A model generated the notes under the pieces. It saw nothing but the letters and a program-made list of their open reading frames with translations. It searched no databases and was not told the DNA's origin. The position numbers and the translations under genes are program-made. Below, piece by piece: positions 10,205-21,136 of a DNA stretch of 64,000 nt. The DNA lies in NCBI GenBank assembly GCA_031426555.1, contig JANPLN010000067.1, positions 1 through 64,000 of the forward strand. The letters are read 5' to 3'. Each line of letters starts with the position of its first letter. Within the stretch, counting starts at the first letter, position 1. Source of the stretch: Bdellovibrionales bacterium. Lineage in GTDB: Bacteria; Bdellovibrionota; Bdellovibrionia; Bdellovibrionales; JAGQZY01.

Positions 10205-11070
10205 TGGCTATTCTGATTAATTCGCAAACCAAAGTGATCTGCCAAGGAATTACCGGTTCCCAGGGCACATTCCACACAGAACAAGCGATCAAATACGGCA
10301 CAAAAATGGTGGGTGGAGTGACTCCCGCAAAAGGTGGCACTCAGCATTTAGGCCTCCCCGTTTTTAATTCCGTGCACGAAGCCGTGGAAAAAACTGGCGC
10401 CAATGCCTCGGTTATTTATGTACCGCCGCCCTTTGCGGCGGACTCCATCATGGAGGCTGTGGATGCAGAAATTCCATTGATCATCTGTATCACTGAAGGA
10501 ATTCCAATAAATGATATGATCAAAGTAAAACAGTACATGAAAGGGAGAAAATCCCGCCTCATCGGACCCAACTGCCCTGGAGTGATCACTCCTGATCAGT
10601 GCAAAATTGGTATTATGCCGGGCCATATTCACCGCGCTGGACGCATTGGTGTTCTTTCGCGCTCTGGAACTCTCACCTACGAAGCCGTCCATCAACTCAC
10701 GCAGTTGGGTTTAGGGCAAAGCTCGTGTGTGGGAATTGGAGGCGACCCCGTCAACGGAACAAACTTTATCGACATGCTCGAACTTTTTAACAAAGATAAA
10801 GACACAGACGCCGTGATCATGATTGGTGAAATTGGCGGAAGTGCAGAACTGGATGCCGCTGACTATATTAAGCGCGAATTTAAAAAACCAGTGACCGCAT
10901 TTATTGCCGGAGCCACAGCTCCTAAAGGAAAACGCATGGGACACGCTGGAGCCATCGTGACCGGTGGAGCAGACACAGCGGAAGGTAAGTTTGCCGCTCT
11001 CGAAGCCGCTGGTTGCAGTATCGCACGCAGCCCTGGTGATTTAGGTACAACATTAAAAAACAGTCTTTAG
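10204..11070 (+). CDS. sucD: Succinyl-CoA synthetase alpha subunit
   Basis: [20 protein letters not shown] and RMGHAGA motifs. Confidence 0.98.
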   Translation: MAILINSQTKVICQGITGSQGTFHTEQAIKYGTKMVGGVTPAKGGTQHLGLPVFNSVHEAVEKTGANASVIYVPPPFAADSIMEAVDAEIPLIICITEGIPINDMIKVKQYMKGRKSRLIGPNCPGVITPDQCKIGIMPGHIHRAGRIGVLSRSGTLTYEAVHQLTQLGLGQSSCVGIGGDPVNGTNFIDMLELFNKDKDTDAVIMIGEIGGSAELDAADYIKREFKKPVTAFIAGATAPKGKRMGHAGAIVTGGADTAEGKFAALEAAGCSIARSPGDLGTTLKNSL

Positions 11071-11085
11071 CCTTTGGCTAAAGAC
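11063..11085. other. Perfect 10-bp hairpin at the sucD stop (possible mRNA-stabilising or processing stem)
   Basis: GTCTTTAGCC-TTT-GGCTAAAGAC with no U-tract. Confidence 0.45.
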
Positions 11086-11110
11086 CAACAAGTAGACATA
11101 AGGAGACATT

Positions 11111-11536
11111 ATGACAAAAGAAATGACTTTTAGTATTATCAAACCCAACGCAGTTAAAAAGAACGCCATCGGGCCTATCATTGGCCTGTTTGAAAAGAAC
11201 GGCTTAAAAATCGCGGCTGCAAAACTTGTGACGTTGAGCAAAGCTCAATGCGAAGAGTTTTATGCTGAACACAAAGCGCGACCATTTTTTGGCGAACTTG
11301 TTTCGTTTATGACGTCTGGCCCGGTGATGCTGATGGCTCTCTCTGGCGAAGGCGCAGTGATGAAAAATCGCGAAATCATGGGTGCCACAGATCCAGCCAA
11401 AGCAGCTCCTGGTACCATTCGTAAACTTTACGGTGATAATGTTGGCGAAAACGCAGCCCACGGTTCTGATAGCGCCGAGAGTGCAGCTCGCGAACTGGCT
11501 CTGTTTTTTAAAGAGACTGAATTCGTCAACAAATAG
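11111..11536 (+). CDS. ndk: Nucleoside diphosphate kinase
   Basis: [25 protein letters not shown] and NAAHGSDS motifs. Confidence 0.98.
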   Translation: MTKEMTFSIIKPNAVKKNAIGPIIGLFEKNGLKIAAAKLVTLSKAQCEEFYAEHKARPFFGELVSFMTSGPVMLMALSGEGAVMKNREIMGATDPAKAAPGTIRKLYGDNVGENAAHGSDSAESAARELALFFKETEFVNK

Positions 11537-11543
11537 GTGGTTT

Positions 11544-12305
11544 ATGCAACGGGGACTGCTTGTTCTGATTTTATTTTTTAGTTTTGGGTGCGCGACGTTT
11601 CGCGGATCCAAAGATTCGGCACTCCCCTACGTTCAGCTCGCTGAAAAGCAGCTGGCCACAGGTCAAAACCCGCAAGCCCTTGGCACTTTGCTGAAGGGCG
11701 AACAGGTGGACCCTGCAAATCCTCTCATCCAAAATCAACTGGGTTTAGTTTATTTTGCATTTGGCAAATTTGAAAAATCGGCAGAGCATCTTAAAAAAGC
11801 CGTCAATTTCGATGGAACTCTTTCGGAAGCTCGCAACAATTATGCACGAACACTGATTGAATTAGGCTTGTTTGTCGAAGCCCGCGAACAACTGGATGTG
11901 GTTGTGAGCGATCTCACTTATCTTAAACAGCCATTGGCCTATTCCAACTACGGATTGTCGTTTTTTCGAGAGAAAAGATATAAGGATGCCATTCCTTGGT
12001 TGCAAAAATCCATAACTGGTAACAAAAACAATTGTCTCACTTATTCGACATACGGCAGAGCTTTGTACGAGCTTAAGGACTACCGCGGCGCTATTCCCAT
12101 TTTTGATGTGGCCGTTCACCTTTGCAAAAGAAACAATTATGACGAAGCCCACTACTTTGCGGCTTTGACCTATTTTAAAAGTGGCGATAAAACAAAAGGA
12201 ATAGCGTTGATGAATGAGACTTTGCTGCTGTATCCTGATGGTGCTTACCAATCGAAGGCGAGCTCCATGTTAGAACTGATGAGAATGAACAAGACAGGCA
12301 TATGA
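11544..12305 (+). CDS. TPR lipoprotein, PilF/PilW(Tgl)-like
   Basis: Lipobox SFGC, TPR repeats (ARNNYA, AYSNYG), and position between ndk and rodZ. Confidence 0.75.
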   Translation: MQRGLLVLILFFSFGCATFRGSKDSALPYVQLAEKQLATGQNPQALGTLLKGEQVDPANPLIQNQLGLVYFAFGKFEKSAEHLKKAVNFDGTLSEARNNYARTLIELGLFVEAREQLDVVVSDLTYLKQPLAYSNYGLSFFREKRYKDAIPWLQKSITGNKNNCLTYSTYGRALYELKDYRGAIPIFDVAVHLCKRNNYDEAHYFAALTYFKSGDKTKGIALMNETLLLYPDGAYQSKASSMLELMRMNKTGI

Positions 12306-13204
12306 AAGAAATTGGACAACTCCTTAAACAAACTCGCGAAGCTCAAGGGAAAACTCTAGAAGAGATTTCTGCGCTCACTAAAATTCAGCTCCCCACTTTG
12401 ATGGCGCTGGAAGACGGTGACTTTGGACGACTCTCCAATAAAGCGTTTACCAAAGGATTCCTTCGCAACTACGCCAAAGTTTTAGGGCTTGATGCCGACG
12501 CCATCATTTTAAGCCTTGGCGGGCCCACCAAACCCCTGGCCGATGTGAAACCAGCTCCGGTCTCTAAACTCGATTCCAACGAGCTGACCAATAAAACAAA
12601 TCTTCTTTGGTTTCGAACGCCCTCACAGTTTATTACTGTTGGCGCGGTGGTTATTATTCTTGGACTTATCACTTCGATTTATTTTATCAGTATGAAGATG
12701 ATGTCTTACTCGCAAGAGACTGTGCAAAAAGACAGTACCGATGTGACTGCAGAAAGTCCGCTTGAGGAGGACCTGAAAGGCGATGAGCCGGGTCGAGTCG
12801 AAAAGTCGGCGGAGACAGGAATAACAGGTTTAAGCCCAACTTCTACTCCCACATCGACCTCCAGTGAGACCGTAGGCACTTCGCCAGTGGCGCCTGTTAC
12901 CGAAACGCCCCAACAAGATGCGGAAGAAAGCGAACCTCCGCCAAAGGGCATCGCACCCGCTCCAGAGTCAGTCCAGAAAATGGTGGCCCTCGAAGCGCGA
13001 GCCAACGTAAATATCGAAGCCGTGTGGAGCACAGGTAAGTCCGAAACCATTCAGCTCAATGCGAACAGCCGCCACGTATTCTACTATCTCGATAAAATCC
13101 GCATCACAGTGGACGATGGTGGCTCGGTAAAAATTAACACCCACGAGAAAGCTCTGGGCGTTCCAGGAGAAAAAAGTAAGCCCATTACTATTAATTTCCG
13201 TTAG
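12302..13204 (+). CDS. rodZ: RodZ-like protein (N-terminal HTH, TM helix, periplasmic domain)
   Basis: IGQLLKQTRE..ALEDGD..KGFLRNYAKVLGL HTH, single TM, Ser/Thr/Pro linker; conserved synteny. Confidence 0.75.
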   Translation: MKEIGQLLKQTREAQGKTLEEISALTKIQLPTLMALEDGDFGRLSNKAFTKGFLRNYAKVLGLDADAIILSLGGPTKPLADVKPAPVSKLDSNELTNKTNLLWFRTPSQFITVGAVVIILGLITSIYFISMKMMSYSQETVQKDSTDVTAESPLEEDLKGDEPGRVEKSAETGITGLSPTSTPTSTSSETVGTSPVAPVTETPQQDAEESEPPPKGIAPAPESVQKMVALEARANVNIEAVWSTGKSETIQLNANSRHVFYYLDKIRITVDDGGSVKINTHEKALGVPGEKSKPITINFR

Positions 13205-13245
13205 AGCGCTTTAGCCTAACACGCTCTTGGTTAGAAAGGGTTTCC

Positions 13246-14460
13246 GTGAAAATTTCGAAAATCCTACTTTCTGGTTTTACTGTTCTCATATTTTTGGTTT
13301 TGTTTTTTGGCATCTTTATTAGCCATTATGATCTACAACTCCGTCAACATCTTGCTGCCACACCTCACCCTAAGTACTCCGACTACCGCGGCGTCACCCA
13401 TGCTTTAACTAATAATTCGCAAGGCAGCGCCCCGCCTAGCGAAATGATCGATCACGCCTCCAAGGCGCAAATTGATTTTTTGTATATCACTGATTTCAAC
13501 CACTTCGATTCTTCGAACGATATTTTTGGCTATAATAATGATGTTCTCGTGTTCACCGGTAAAAAAGTCAGCGTTCTCGATGCGCATTTTTTGGTGTACA
13601 GCCAGCAGAGTCTTCGACAAATGGATTCTCTAGTCAGCGCGCAAACTCTGATTAATGATTTTGTAAACCGCATGCCCTCCGAATACAAAGCCGAGACTGT
13701 GTTTTTGGCCCATCCATTTAAAGCCGGGCACGAATGGAGCATGGAGTATCCAAAAGGTCTTAATGGCATCGAGGTGATGAATCTGCGCCAGATGTGGCAA
13801 CAGACGTGGATCCACAAAAAAGCGTCGTTTGTATGGAGCCTTTTTTTATATATTTTTAATCCTAAGATTGCTTTGTTGCGTTTGATTAACGAACCAAGAA
13901 AAGAAGTGAATCTTTGGGATCATCTCAATCGCACGCAAAAAACCATCGGCGTTTTAGGAAATCATTCCACCGGTAAGATTTTTAGTGCTGGGCCGATTTC
14001 GTTTTCTTTCCCCACTTACGAAGACTCCTTTCGGTTTGCTAGCAACCATATCCTGATTCCAGGAGAACTCACGGGTATTTCCAGCCGCGATATGGAGCGT
14101 GTCCATAAGGCCTTTACCAACGGGAATTTTTATTTTTCCATCGACGCTTTGGCCAACCCCGAGGGTTTTGCTGCTTACATGAAGTCTGGAAAGCGTGATT
14201 ATTTGATGGGCTCTGCGGTGCCATTGGCAAAGAACTCAACTCTGTATGTGGATCTTCCGGCACTCAATATTAAAAATATTGAAATCAAAATTTACAAAGA
14301 TGGTTTGGAATATTTGCGTTCGCAAAAACAAAATAGCGAATTTCAAATCACCGAAACCGGCAACTACCGAGTTTATGTAAGGCTCCGCTTGCAACTCCCC
14401 ATTCCCGGAGAGCTGCGCTGGATCCCTTGGATCTACACCAACCACTTCTACGTCCGCTAG
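13246..14460 (+). CDS. Membrane-anchored PHP-like domain protein (degenerate metal ligands)
   Basis: YRGVTH, ITDFN, LAHP, GIEVMN and C-terminal WIYTN resemble PHP/McbA-type metallohydrolases. Confidence 0.55.
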   Translation: MKISKILLSGFTVLIFLVLFFGIFISHYDLQLRQHLAATPHPKYSDYRGVTHALTNNSQGSAPPSEMIDHASKAQIDFLYITDFNHFDSSNDIFGYNNDVLVFTGKKVSVLDAHFLVYSQQSLRQMDSLVSAQTLINDFVNRMPSEYKAETVFLAHPFKAGHEWSMEYPKGLNGIEVMNLRQMWQQTWIHKKASFVWSLFLYIFNPKIALLRLINEPRKEVNLWDHLNRTQKTIGVLGNHSTGKIFSAGPISFSFPTYEDSFRFASNHILIPGELTGISSRDMERVHKAFTNGNFYFSIDALANPEGFAAYMKSGKRDYLMGSAVPLAKNSTLYVDLPALNIKNIEIKIYKDGLEYLRSQKQNSEFQITETGNYRVYVRLRLQLPIPGELRWIPWIYTNHFYVR

Positions 14461-15068
14461 AAATCAAGAAGCGAGAGCTGCTGTTTCTTTTCGATTTGTG
14501 GAAAGCGCGCCTCGGGCTTACCCGTGAGAGCAATTAGGTTTTCGATCCTTACGCCCTCTTGCGGATCCGCAATTTTTTTCACGATTTCCAAAAATAACTT
14601 TCCGCAGTAGATCGCATCTTCTTCGGCGCGGTGAAACGTTCCTGACTCGATTTTTAAATGTTGAACTAACGTTCCCAATTTATAATTTGCTAGGCCCGGA
14701 AACACTTTTCGCGCCATAGGCAACGTATCTAGAATCACGCCCCGCGGGCTGGAGGTTTCATATTTTTTAATGGCAGACGTTAAAAACTGCGCATCAAAGG
14801 GAGCATTGTGCGCCACCACTGGAAGATCTTCGCAAAACGCGGCTAAAGCATCTAAAAGCGTTTCGATATAGGGTTTTCCAGCAACCATGTCGTCGGTGAT
14901 TCCATTGACCGCCGAAGCTCCCGCAGGAATGGACTGTCGAGGATCCACCAATGTAGAAAACGTCGCCTCAACTTCGCCATTTAAATAGCGAACAGCACCG
15001 ATCTCAACAATCTGATCAACGGCTGGAACGGTTCCAGTTGTCTCTAAGTCAAAAGCCACAAAGCGCAT
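14457..15068 (-). CDS. DEDDh 3'-5' exonuclease (DnaQ/epsilon-like)
   Basis: FDLETTG, VAHNAPFD and HRAEEDA motifs. Confidence 0.92.
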   Translation of the reverse strand: MRFVAFDLETTGTVPAVDQIVEIGAVRYLNGEVEATFSTLVDPRQSIPAGASAVNGITDDMVAGKPYIETLLDALAAFCEDLPVVAHNAPFDAQFLTSAIKKYETSSPRGVILDTLPMARKVFPGLANYKLGTLVQHLKIESGTFHRAEEDAIYCGKLFLEIVKKIADPQEGVRIENLIALTGKPEARFPQIEKKQQLSLLDF

Positions 15069-15155
15069 GCATACCCCCGAAAGATAGAATCTAAAGCGTT
15101 AACAAATAATGAACGAAATGGCCAGACCATGCCTGCGTTTTGACATAACACGCAC

Positions 15156-16751
15156 TTATTTTTTGTGAAAGCCATTGGTTATGGGATACCGGCGTCCGCG
15201 TCCGAAAGCCCGCTCGGACACCCGCAACACCGGGGGTGCCTGCCAGCGCTTAAATTCACTAGCTGCTAATCTTTTAAGCAACCATTTTTCGGTGGGGCTT
15301 TTTGCCGCTTTCACCTCGGTCACGATGTTATTTACGGCGGTATCGAGGAGGTCATAGGAAGGCAAGGTGTCTTGGTCTTTTTGATTTGGACGTAGCTCGG
15401 CACTGGGAGCGCGCTCGATAATTTCTTTGGGAATGAGCTCCCGCTCGCGGTTATAAAAATGAGCGAGCTCATAGACCTGTCGTTTTAAAAGATCGCCAAT
15501 GGGTGCGAGGCCGCCACACATATCCCCATAAAGCGTAGAGTATCCCGTGGCGTACTCGCTCTTATTCCCGGTGGCTAGTAACAAACTTTGCTGGGCGTTG
15601 GAAAACATCATCAATACATTTCCGCGCAGGCGGGCTTGCAGATTTTCGTGCACCAATCCAAACGACATTTCGCCAAATGTTTTTTGGTAATCGTGAATCG
15701 TATTTTTGTAAATATTTTGAATGGACATAGTGAGAAAGTGACAGCCCAAATTTTTTGCCAATTCCTCGGCCAAGCGGGCGCTTTTTTCGTGGGAGTAGGG
15801 CCCGGGGAGCGCAATGGTCGTCACATTTTGCGGCCCAACGGCATCACAGGCGAGAGCTGTTACAACCGCTGAATCTATGCCACCGCTTGAACCAAGATGT
15901 ATTTTTGAAAATCCATTTTTAGCCACAAAATCACGAATTCCCAGCGTCAAAACAGAGTGGAGTTGTTCGACCTTGGATTGAGCGCCGTGCCTCACGCCGC
16001 CGTCTGATTTTTCAAGGTCTACAATGTTTAAATCTTCGGAGCAAAAAGCCGACTGCGCGAGCAACCGTCCTGTTTTATCCACCACGATACTCGAGCCGTC
16101 AAAAATAAGTTCGTCCTGCGCCCCCACCATATTCACGTAAACCACAGGTGCAGAAAAGTATTTTGCAGTTTGCTTTGCCACTGCGAGGCGACGTTTTTGT
16201 TTTTGCAATGAGAACGGAGAGGCATTGATACTGATCACCACCTCCACTTTGTTTTTTTTGATTTTCTTGAGTGGGTTTTCGTCGGGATTTCGCTCCCAGG
16301 CCCACATGTCTTCGCACACCAAAAGCAGAACTTTTTTCTTCTGCAACTGAATCAAGTGCTGTTGAATATCGCCTGCACGAAAAAAGCGCCCCTCATCAAA
16401 AATGTCGTAGGTTGGCAAAAGAGATTTCATCACCGGGTGTTTTGGTGAATGTGATGAGAACGCCGCATTGGCCAGCGATGGCACCCCTTTTACTTGGAAA
16501 AGACCGCCCACGATGGCTTCGATATTTTTAGGTTTATTCTTGAAAAACGTCTTTAGAGCCTTGTTATGGGCTTCAATCACTTCGGGACGCTCTAGAAGAT
16601 CGTTGGGACTGTATCCAAGGATCGATAATTCGGGAAAAACGATCAGTTGGCAGCTTTTATCTGCCGCTCTCTGGGACCAAAGCAGCATTTTCTGTACGTT
16701 TCCGTCGAGGTCTCCCAAAACAGGATTCAATTGCGCGAGGGCTATTCTCAT
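15156..16751 (-). CDS. nadE: Glutamine-dependent NAD+ synthetase
   Basis: Nitrilase domain (FPEL, CEDMW) plus SGGIDS, NLQARLRG, TGNKSE and PSAELRPNQKD; start at MRIALAQ. Confidence 0.95.
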   Translation of the reverse strand: MRIALAQLNPVLGDLDGNVQKMLLWSQRAADKSCQLIVFPELSILGYSPNDLLERPEVIEAHNKALKTFFKNKPKNIEAIVGGLFQVKGVPSLANAAFSSHSPKHPVMKSLLPTYDIFDEGRFFRAGDIQQHLIQLQKKKVLLLVCEDMWAWERNPDENPLKKIKKNKVEVVISINASPFSLQKQKRRLAVAKQTAKYFSAPVVYVNMVGAQDELIFDGSSIVVDKTGRLLAQSAFCSEDLNIVDLEKSDGGVRHGAQSKVEQLHSVLTLGIRDFVAKNGFSKIHLGSSGGIDSAVVTALACDAVGPQNVTTIALPGPYSHEKSARLAEELAKNLGCHFLTMSIQNIYKNTIHDYQKTFGEMSFGLVHENLQARLRGNVLMMFSNAQQSLLLATGNKSEYATGYSTLYGDMCGGLAPIGDLLKRQVYELAHFYNRERELIPKEIIERAPSAELRPNQKDQDTLPSYDLLDTAVNNIVTEVKAAKSPTEKWLLKRLAASEFKRWQAPPVLRVSERAFGRGRRYPITNGFHKK

Positions 16752-17001
16752 GCGGGAGATAATATAAATGTTTGGCAGTTCTGTAAAGTTTTCCTTCAAT
16801 CCTTGCTGTCTATTTTTAAAACAGCAGCAGTAATTTGTTCAAATTCCTTGGTCAAAGGCTCTCTGGTTGAATCTGTGCGTCTGCGGAGGATCAATAAGTG
16901 TGTTGGCATTAGACACCCTCAAGGTAACAATTTTGGGCACGGGTTTTGTAACTGTTTTGAGTCAACGGACTTCAACAACTGCTGAGAAAGATAAAGCTGA
17001 G

Positions 17002-17964
17002 ATGCAAAACATTGTGCACAAACTGCAAAATATGATTCAAACCTACTACGGTTTTTCGAGCCAGCTCGAATGGCAAAACAATCTAGACGACGCAGGAACA
17101 GAGAAAAACGAAGCGGGAACCCTGTCCGTGCCCCTTTTCGAACCGAAGTCCAAGCGACCGGTGGCTTACTTTAAAGTTCTGGACGTTCCCCCACAGCAGG
17201 CGGCTGTGCAGGAAAAGATTCGCGAACTCATTCAGTTTTCTTTGCAAAACTATATCAACCTTATGGATAAACTGGATGTAGCCGACAACCTCTTGCAGTA
17301 TTTGCAAATGGAGCTGCATCCGCAAAAAATTATTCGTCTTCAGGGATCAAAGCAAAGTACACAAAAATTCCGTGAAGCCTCCTTCAGTCGAACTGCGGCA
17401 TCAACAACAAGCACCGACTTTTCTTTTGATCATCAAAAGCAGGCGCTTTTGCTAAAAAGCGACTCACCGATTCGACTGGAACGGCTGGCACTATCTCTGC
17501 ACGCGACGGCAAAAAATCATTTCTTTTTGCGCACCGATCAAATGGGGGCCACTTTTTTAACGACAATTAACGACCTGGCCGGCTTAAACAAAACCACACT
17601 CTTTATTCCAGACATCAATTCGCTTTCCGAGCGTCAGCAAAAAACTCTCGAAACTTTTTGGCTCATGACCCAATCTAAAAATTCAACTGAAGTTCTGGTT
17701 GTCGCCGCCACCCAGTCCACTTTGAGTGAGCTTGTGAAAACCAGTCTTTTGAATTCCACGTTTTTGCGAAATTTTGATTTCTTCTATCTTTTGTCGGACT
17801 CATCCAGCGAAGCCGAAATTCGCTTCGAAAATTTAAATCAATGTGCCCACGCCATTTTACAGGCAGCGCCAGAACATCATCTTAAACACCATAAGTTTTC
17901 GCAAAATATAAAAAGCTGTCACCTGATACCTTCATGTGAAAGTCTGTTTCCCTCCGTCCACTAG
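17002..17964 (+). CDS. Hypothetical protein with a degenerate sigma54-activator-like AAA+ region
   Basis: TTLFIPDINSLSERQQKTL...VLVVAATQSTLSELV resembles bEBP GTLFLDEI..L...Q.KLL...IIAATN.DL. Start uncertain (16867 or 17002). Confidence 0.5.
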   Translation: MQNIVHKLQNMIQTYYGFSSQLEWQNNLDDAGTEKNEAGTLSVPLFEPKSKRPVAYFKVLDVPPQQAAVQEKIRELIQFSLQNYINLMDKLDVADNLLQYLQMELHPQKIIRLQGSKQSTQKFREASFSRTAASTTSTDFSFDHQKQALLLKSDSPIRLERLALSLHATAKNHFFLRTDQMGATFLTTINDLAGLNKTTLFIPDINSLSERQQKTLETFWLMTQSKNSTEVLVVAATQSTLSELVKTSLLNSTFLRNFDFFYLLSDSSSEAEIRFENLNQCAHAILQAAPEHHLKHHKFSQNIKSCHLIPSCESLFPSVH

Positions 17965-18027
17965 GTGGACAATCTATCAGCCCATTAAAACGTTGCTTTT
18001 CGCCTCCGAGTCGGGGACCATGAAACT

Positions 18028-19068
18028 ATGGTGGCGCAAATTTCCGCAGAATATCCAAAGGTTTTTGACGAACTGATTCAAAAACACCTATCGATCGCTG
18101 ATTATTCGATCGTTCCGCTGGCGGGCGACGCTTCCTCGCGACGTTACTATCGCGTTGTGAAAGGGAACCAATCCTGGGTTCTGATGGAGTGGACACCCTT
18201 TCAAAATCCTGATGAATTTCCCTTTATTTCAATTCAGCGCCATCTACAAAGCAGTCACATCGGCGTTCCAGGCATCATTGGAATGGACGAGCAAAAAGGA
18301 TTGTTTCTCCTCGAAGATCTCGGCGACTTGACTTTGGAACGACGTTTTTGGGAGTTTTCAAAACAGGATAGCATTATTCCCTTTTATCAGGTGACTCTGG
18401 ATTTGCTCGTAAAATTACATCGACAGTCCCTCGATAAAAAACAGTGGAGCGAGTGCACAGCTTACGGTGTGCAGTTTGATACTGAAAAATTCACGTGGGA
18501 ACTTAACTACACCTTTAAAAATTTATTTTCTATATTGTGTCCCCATCATCTCTCCGAAAAAGAACAATTGGCTCTGCAAAAGGAATTTAATCTTCTTGCA
18601 CAGACATTGGCTGACGCTCCTCAGGTGCTGTGCCATCGCGACTTTCATTCGCGCAATATTATGATCAAAGGCGATCGTATTTATTTTATCGACTTTCAGG
18701 ATGCCCGCCTGGGGCCAGCGCAGTACGACCTTGTAAGTCTTGTACATGATTCCTACGTCACTCTCGATGACGAACATATTCAAAATCTCATAGATTATTA
18801 TCTAGAGATTTTTCCAGAAGCTCTCACACAGTTTAAAACTCGAGAAAACTTCATGCATTATTTTTATTTGCAAATGCTTCAGCGCTGCTTCAAAGCCTGT
18901 GGAACATTTGCCGCCATTCTCAATCAGCGGGACGATCGTCGTTACCTTAAATACTTGCCGCACACTCTGGCGAAGGTAAAATATGCTCTCACACAAACCA
19001 CTGAGTTTCCGATCATAAAAAAACTTGTTGATCAGCTTCAACTTCCACAAATCGAAAAATGGCCGTAA
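18028..19068 (+). CDS. amgK: Anomeric MurNAc/GlcNAc kinase (AmgK-like APH-family phosphotransferase)
   Basis: LAGDASSRRYYR, LEDLGD, HRDFHSRN and IDFQDA..GP..YDLVSL motifs; directly upstream of a nucleotidyltransferase. Confidence 0.8.
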   Translation: MVAQISAEYPKVFDELIQKHLSIADYSIVPLAGDASSRRYYRVVKGNQSWVLMEWTPFQNPDEFPFISIQRHLQSSHIGVPGIIGMDEQKGLFLLEDLGDLTLERRFWEFSKQDSIIPFYQVTLDLLVKLHRQSLDKKQWSECTAYGVQFDTEKFTWELNYTFKNLFSILCPHHLSEKEQLALQKEFNLLAQTLADAPQVLCHRDFHSRNIMIKGDRIYFIDFQDARLGPAQYDLVSLVHDSYVTLDDEHIQNLIDYYLEIFPEALTQFKTRENFMHYFYLQMLQRCFKACGTFAAILNQRDDRRYLKYLPHTLAKVKYALTQTTEFPIIKKLVDQLQLPQIEKWP

Positions 19069-20057
19069 AAGCGCTTCTCCTTTGTGCAGGGTTAGGAACA
19101 CGACTCCGTCCCTTTACAAATCATCTGCCCAAGCCAGCGATTCCATTTTTTGGTCTTCCACTTTGTTATTACAGTCTTTATCTTTTGCGAAAAATTAACT
19201 GTCTTGATGTCACCGTCAACCTGCACCACCTGCCGGCGAAGATACAAAATCTCCTGCAGAAAGACGAGCTGGCGGACTTTCGTTTTTCCTTTTCGTTGGA
19301 AAAGGAAAAAATCATGGGAAGCGGCGGCGCCATTTTCCATGCAAAAAAATTTCTGCAGTCTGCGGATTCTTTTTTTGCTATTAACTCGGATGAGGTGATG
19401 ATTCCTCCTTCGGCCGAAATTTTAAACGATTTAAAAAACCACCATCTTAAATCAAAGTCGTTGGCAACGTTATTGGTCACCGATCATCCCGACTTACTCA
19501 AAACGTTAAAACCCGTTTGGGTGAATGGTGAGGGTGTGGTGCGCGGTTTTGGCGATAAGCCCGGAACCTCAGAACCACTTCGACCGGTGCATTACACGGG
19601 GTACAAGATTTTTTCAAAGGACGTTTTAACTTTGCTGCCCGCTGGGGAATCGCATATCTTTCACGACACCCTTGTTCCGGCCATGGCCACAGGTGCACTG
19701 GTAAACACACACTTTATTGATAGCCACTGGTGGGAGACCGGATCCTTTGCAAATCTGCTCACTGCGACGGCGGATGTGATCCAATTGATCCACCAAGTAA
19801 AAAAGAACCACCTTCGCGACATCTACGAAAGTTTTCAAAAAGAGTTTTCTTTCACAACCACGATCCACGGTCGAGATAAAGTGGCACTGCACTCAACCGC
19901 CGCGGTTAGTAGCAACCAGTGTCGCGGAACAGTTTTTGTGGCGGAGAAAACAACGTCCGCAGCCGATGTCGTTTTACAAAACTGCATCGTTGATAAAGAC
20001 CTTAAGCTTATAAAATCTCAACAAGACACCTTGATTTTAGATACGGAGACACCATGA
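19059..20057 (+). CDS. murU: Sugar-phosphate nucleotidyltransferase (MurU-like)
   Basis: LCAGLGTRLRPFT..PKP and VNLHHL motifs; located between amgK and anmK. Confidence 0.7.
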   Translation: MAVKALLLCAGLGTRLRPFTNHLPKPAIPFFGLPLCYYSLYLLRKINCLDVTVNLHHLPAKIQNLLQKDELADFRFSFSLEKEKIMGSGGAIFHAKKFLQSADSFFAINSDEVMIPPSAEILNDLKNHHLKSKSLATLLVTDHPDLLKTLKPVWVNGEGVVRGFGDKPGTSEPLRPVHYTGYKIFSKDVLTLLPAGESHIFHDTLVPAMATGALVNTHFIDSHWWETGSFANLLTATADVIQLIHQVKKNHLRDIYESFQKEFSFTTTIHGRDKVALHSTAAVSSNQCRGTVFVAEKTTSAADVVLQNCIVDKDLKLIKSQQDTLILDTETP

Positions 20058-21136
20058 AAGTTTTGGGCATTATGAATGGCACAAGTGGCGACGGCGTTGA
20101 TTACGTGGTTGCCGATGTTTCTTTTAAAAAAACCTGGTCTGTTCGTTTTTTGCAACACGAACACAAACCTTTTGATAAAAACTTTCACGAAAAAACCAAA
20201 CGGCTGATTACCAATGTGGCAACGACCTACGAAATCGGAGAATTTCACCATGATCTGGGTCGCCTTTACGCCAAGCATTTTTCTGAAATCCGTTGGAAAC
20301 ACAAACCCGAACTGATCGGATTGCACGGACAGACTGTTTATCACCGCGGTGGCTCGGCCACCTTCCAATTGGGAGAACCCAGCTATTTATCTCAACAGGC
20401 AAAGCTTCCGGTGATTTTTAACTTTAGAGCGAGTGACGTCGCTGTCGGTGGCCAAGGCGCACCCCTTGCTCCAGTTTTGCACAAGGTTCTTTTATCGCAA
20501 TTTAAAGAGCCGGTCTCTTTTCATAATCTTGGCGGTATTAGCAATCTTACGTTTTGTCATAAAAAAACCTGGCTCGCCTTCGACACGGGGCCTGCCAATA
20601 CGCTAATGGACATCTGGATCCAGCACAAAACACAATCCAAATCACTTTTTGATGACGACGGAACTTTAGCTTCAAGAGGACTTCCGCAATTAGAAACTGT
20701 GGAAAAAATGATGGCAAATGCCTATTTTAAAAAAGCGGCACCAAAGAGTTGCGGTCGCGAGGAGTTTAACGTTCACTTTATTCAATCGCATATCGATAAA
20801 AAATTTCCGAGACTTAAAATCGAAGATCAACTGGCCACGCTCACCGAAGTGTCGGCGGCGAGTATTTACCAAGCCTACAAAAAGTTTTGTCCTACAATGC
20901 CAAAGCATATTTATTTTTCGGGCGGCGGATTACAGAACAAATTTTTTATGCAAAGGCTGAAGCTTTATTTTGGCTCTGATGTTGTAAAATCGTCGGAGGA
21001 TTTAGGCTGGCCATCGCAAGCTATTGAAGGCGGTGCCTTCGCGCTGCTAGCTTACATGCGCTCGAAAGAGTTGAGAGTGGATCTGCGAACCATCACCGGC
21101 GGCGACAAAGCCTCATTGCTAGGCCAAATCTGCTAA
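20054..21136 (+). CDS. anmK: Anhydro-N-acetylmuramic acid kinase
   Basis: GIMNGTSGDGVD, HGQTVYH, GGQGAPL, NLGGISN and FDTGPAN motifs. Confidence 0.93.
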   Translation: MKVLGIMNGTSGDGVDYVVADVSFKKTWSVRFLQHEHKPFDKNFHEKTKRLITNVATTYEIGEFHHDLGRLYAKHFSEIRWKHKPELIGLHGQTVYHRGGSATFQLGEPSYLSQQAKLPVIFNFRASDVAVGGQGAPLAPVLHKVLLSQFKEPVSFHNLGGISNLTFCHKKTWLAFDTGPANTLMDIWIQHKTQSKSLFDDDGTLASRGLPQLETVEKMMANAYFKKAAPKSCGREEFNVHFIQSHIDKKFPRLKIEDQLATLTEVSAASIYQAYKKFCPTMPKHIYFSGGGLQNKFFMQRLKLYFGSDVVKSSEDLGWPSQAIEGGAFALLAYMRSKELRVDLRTITGGDKASLLGQIC

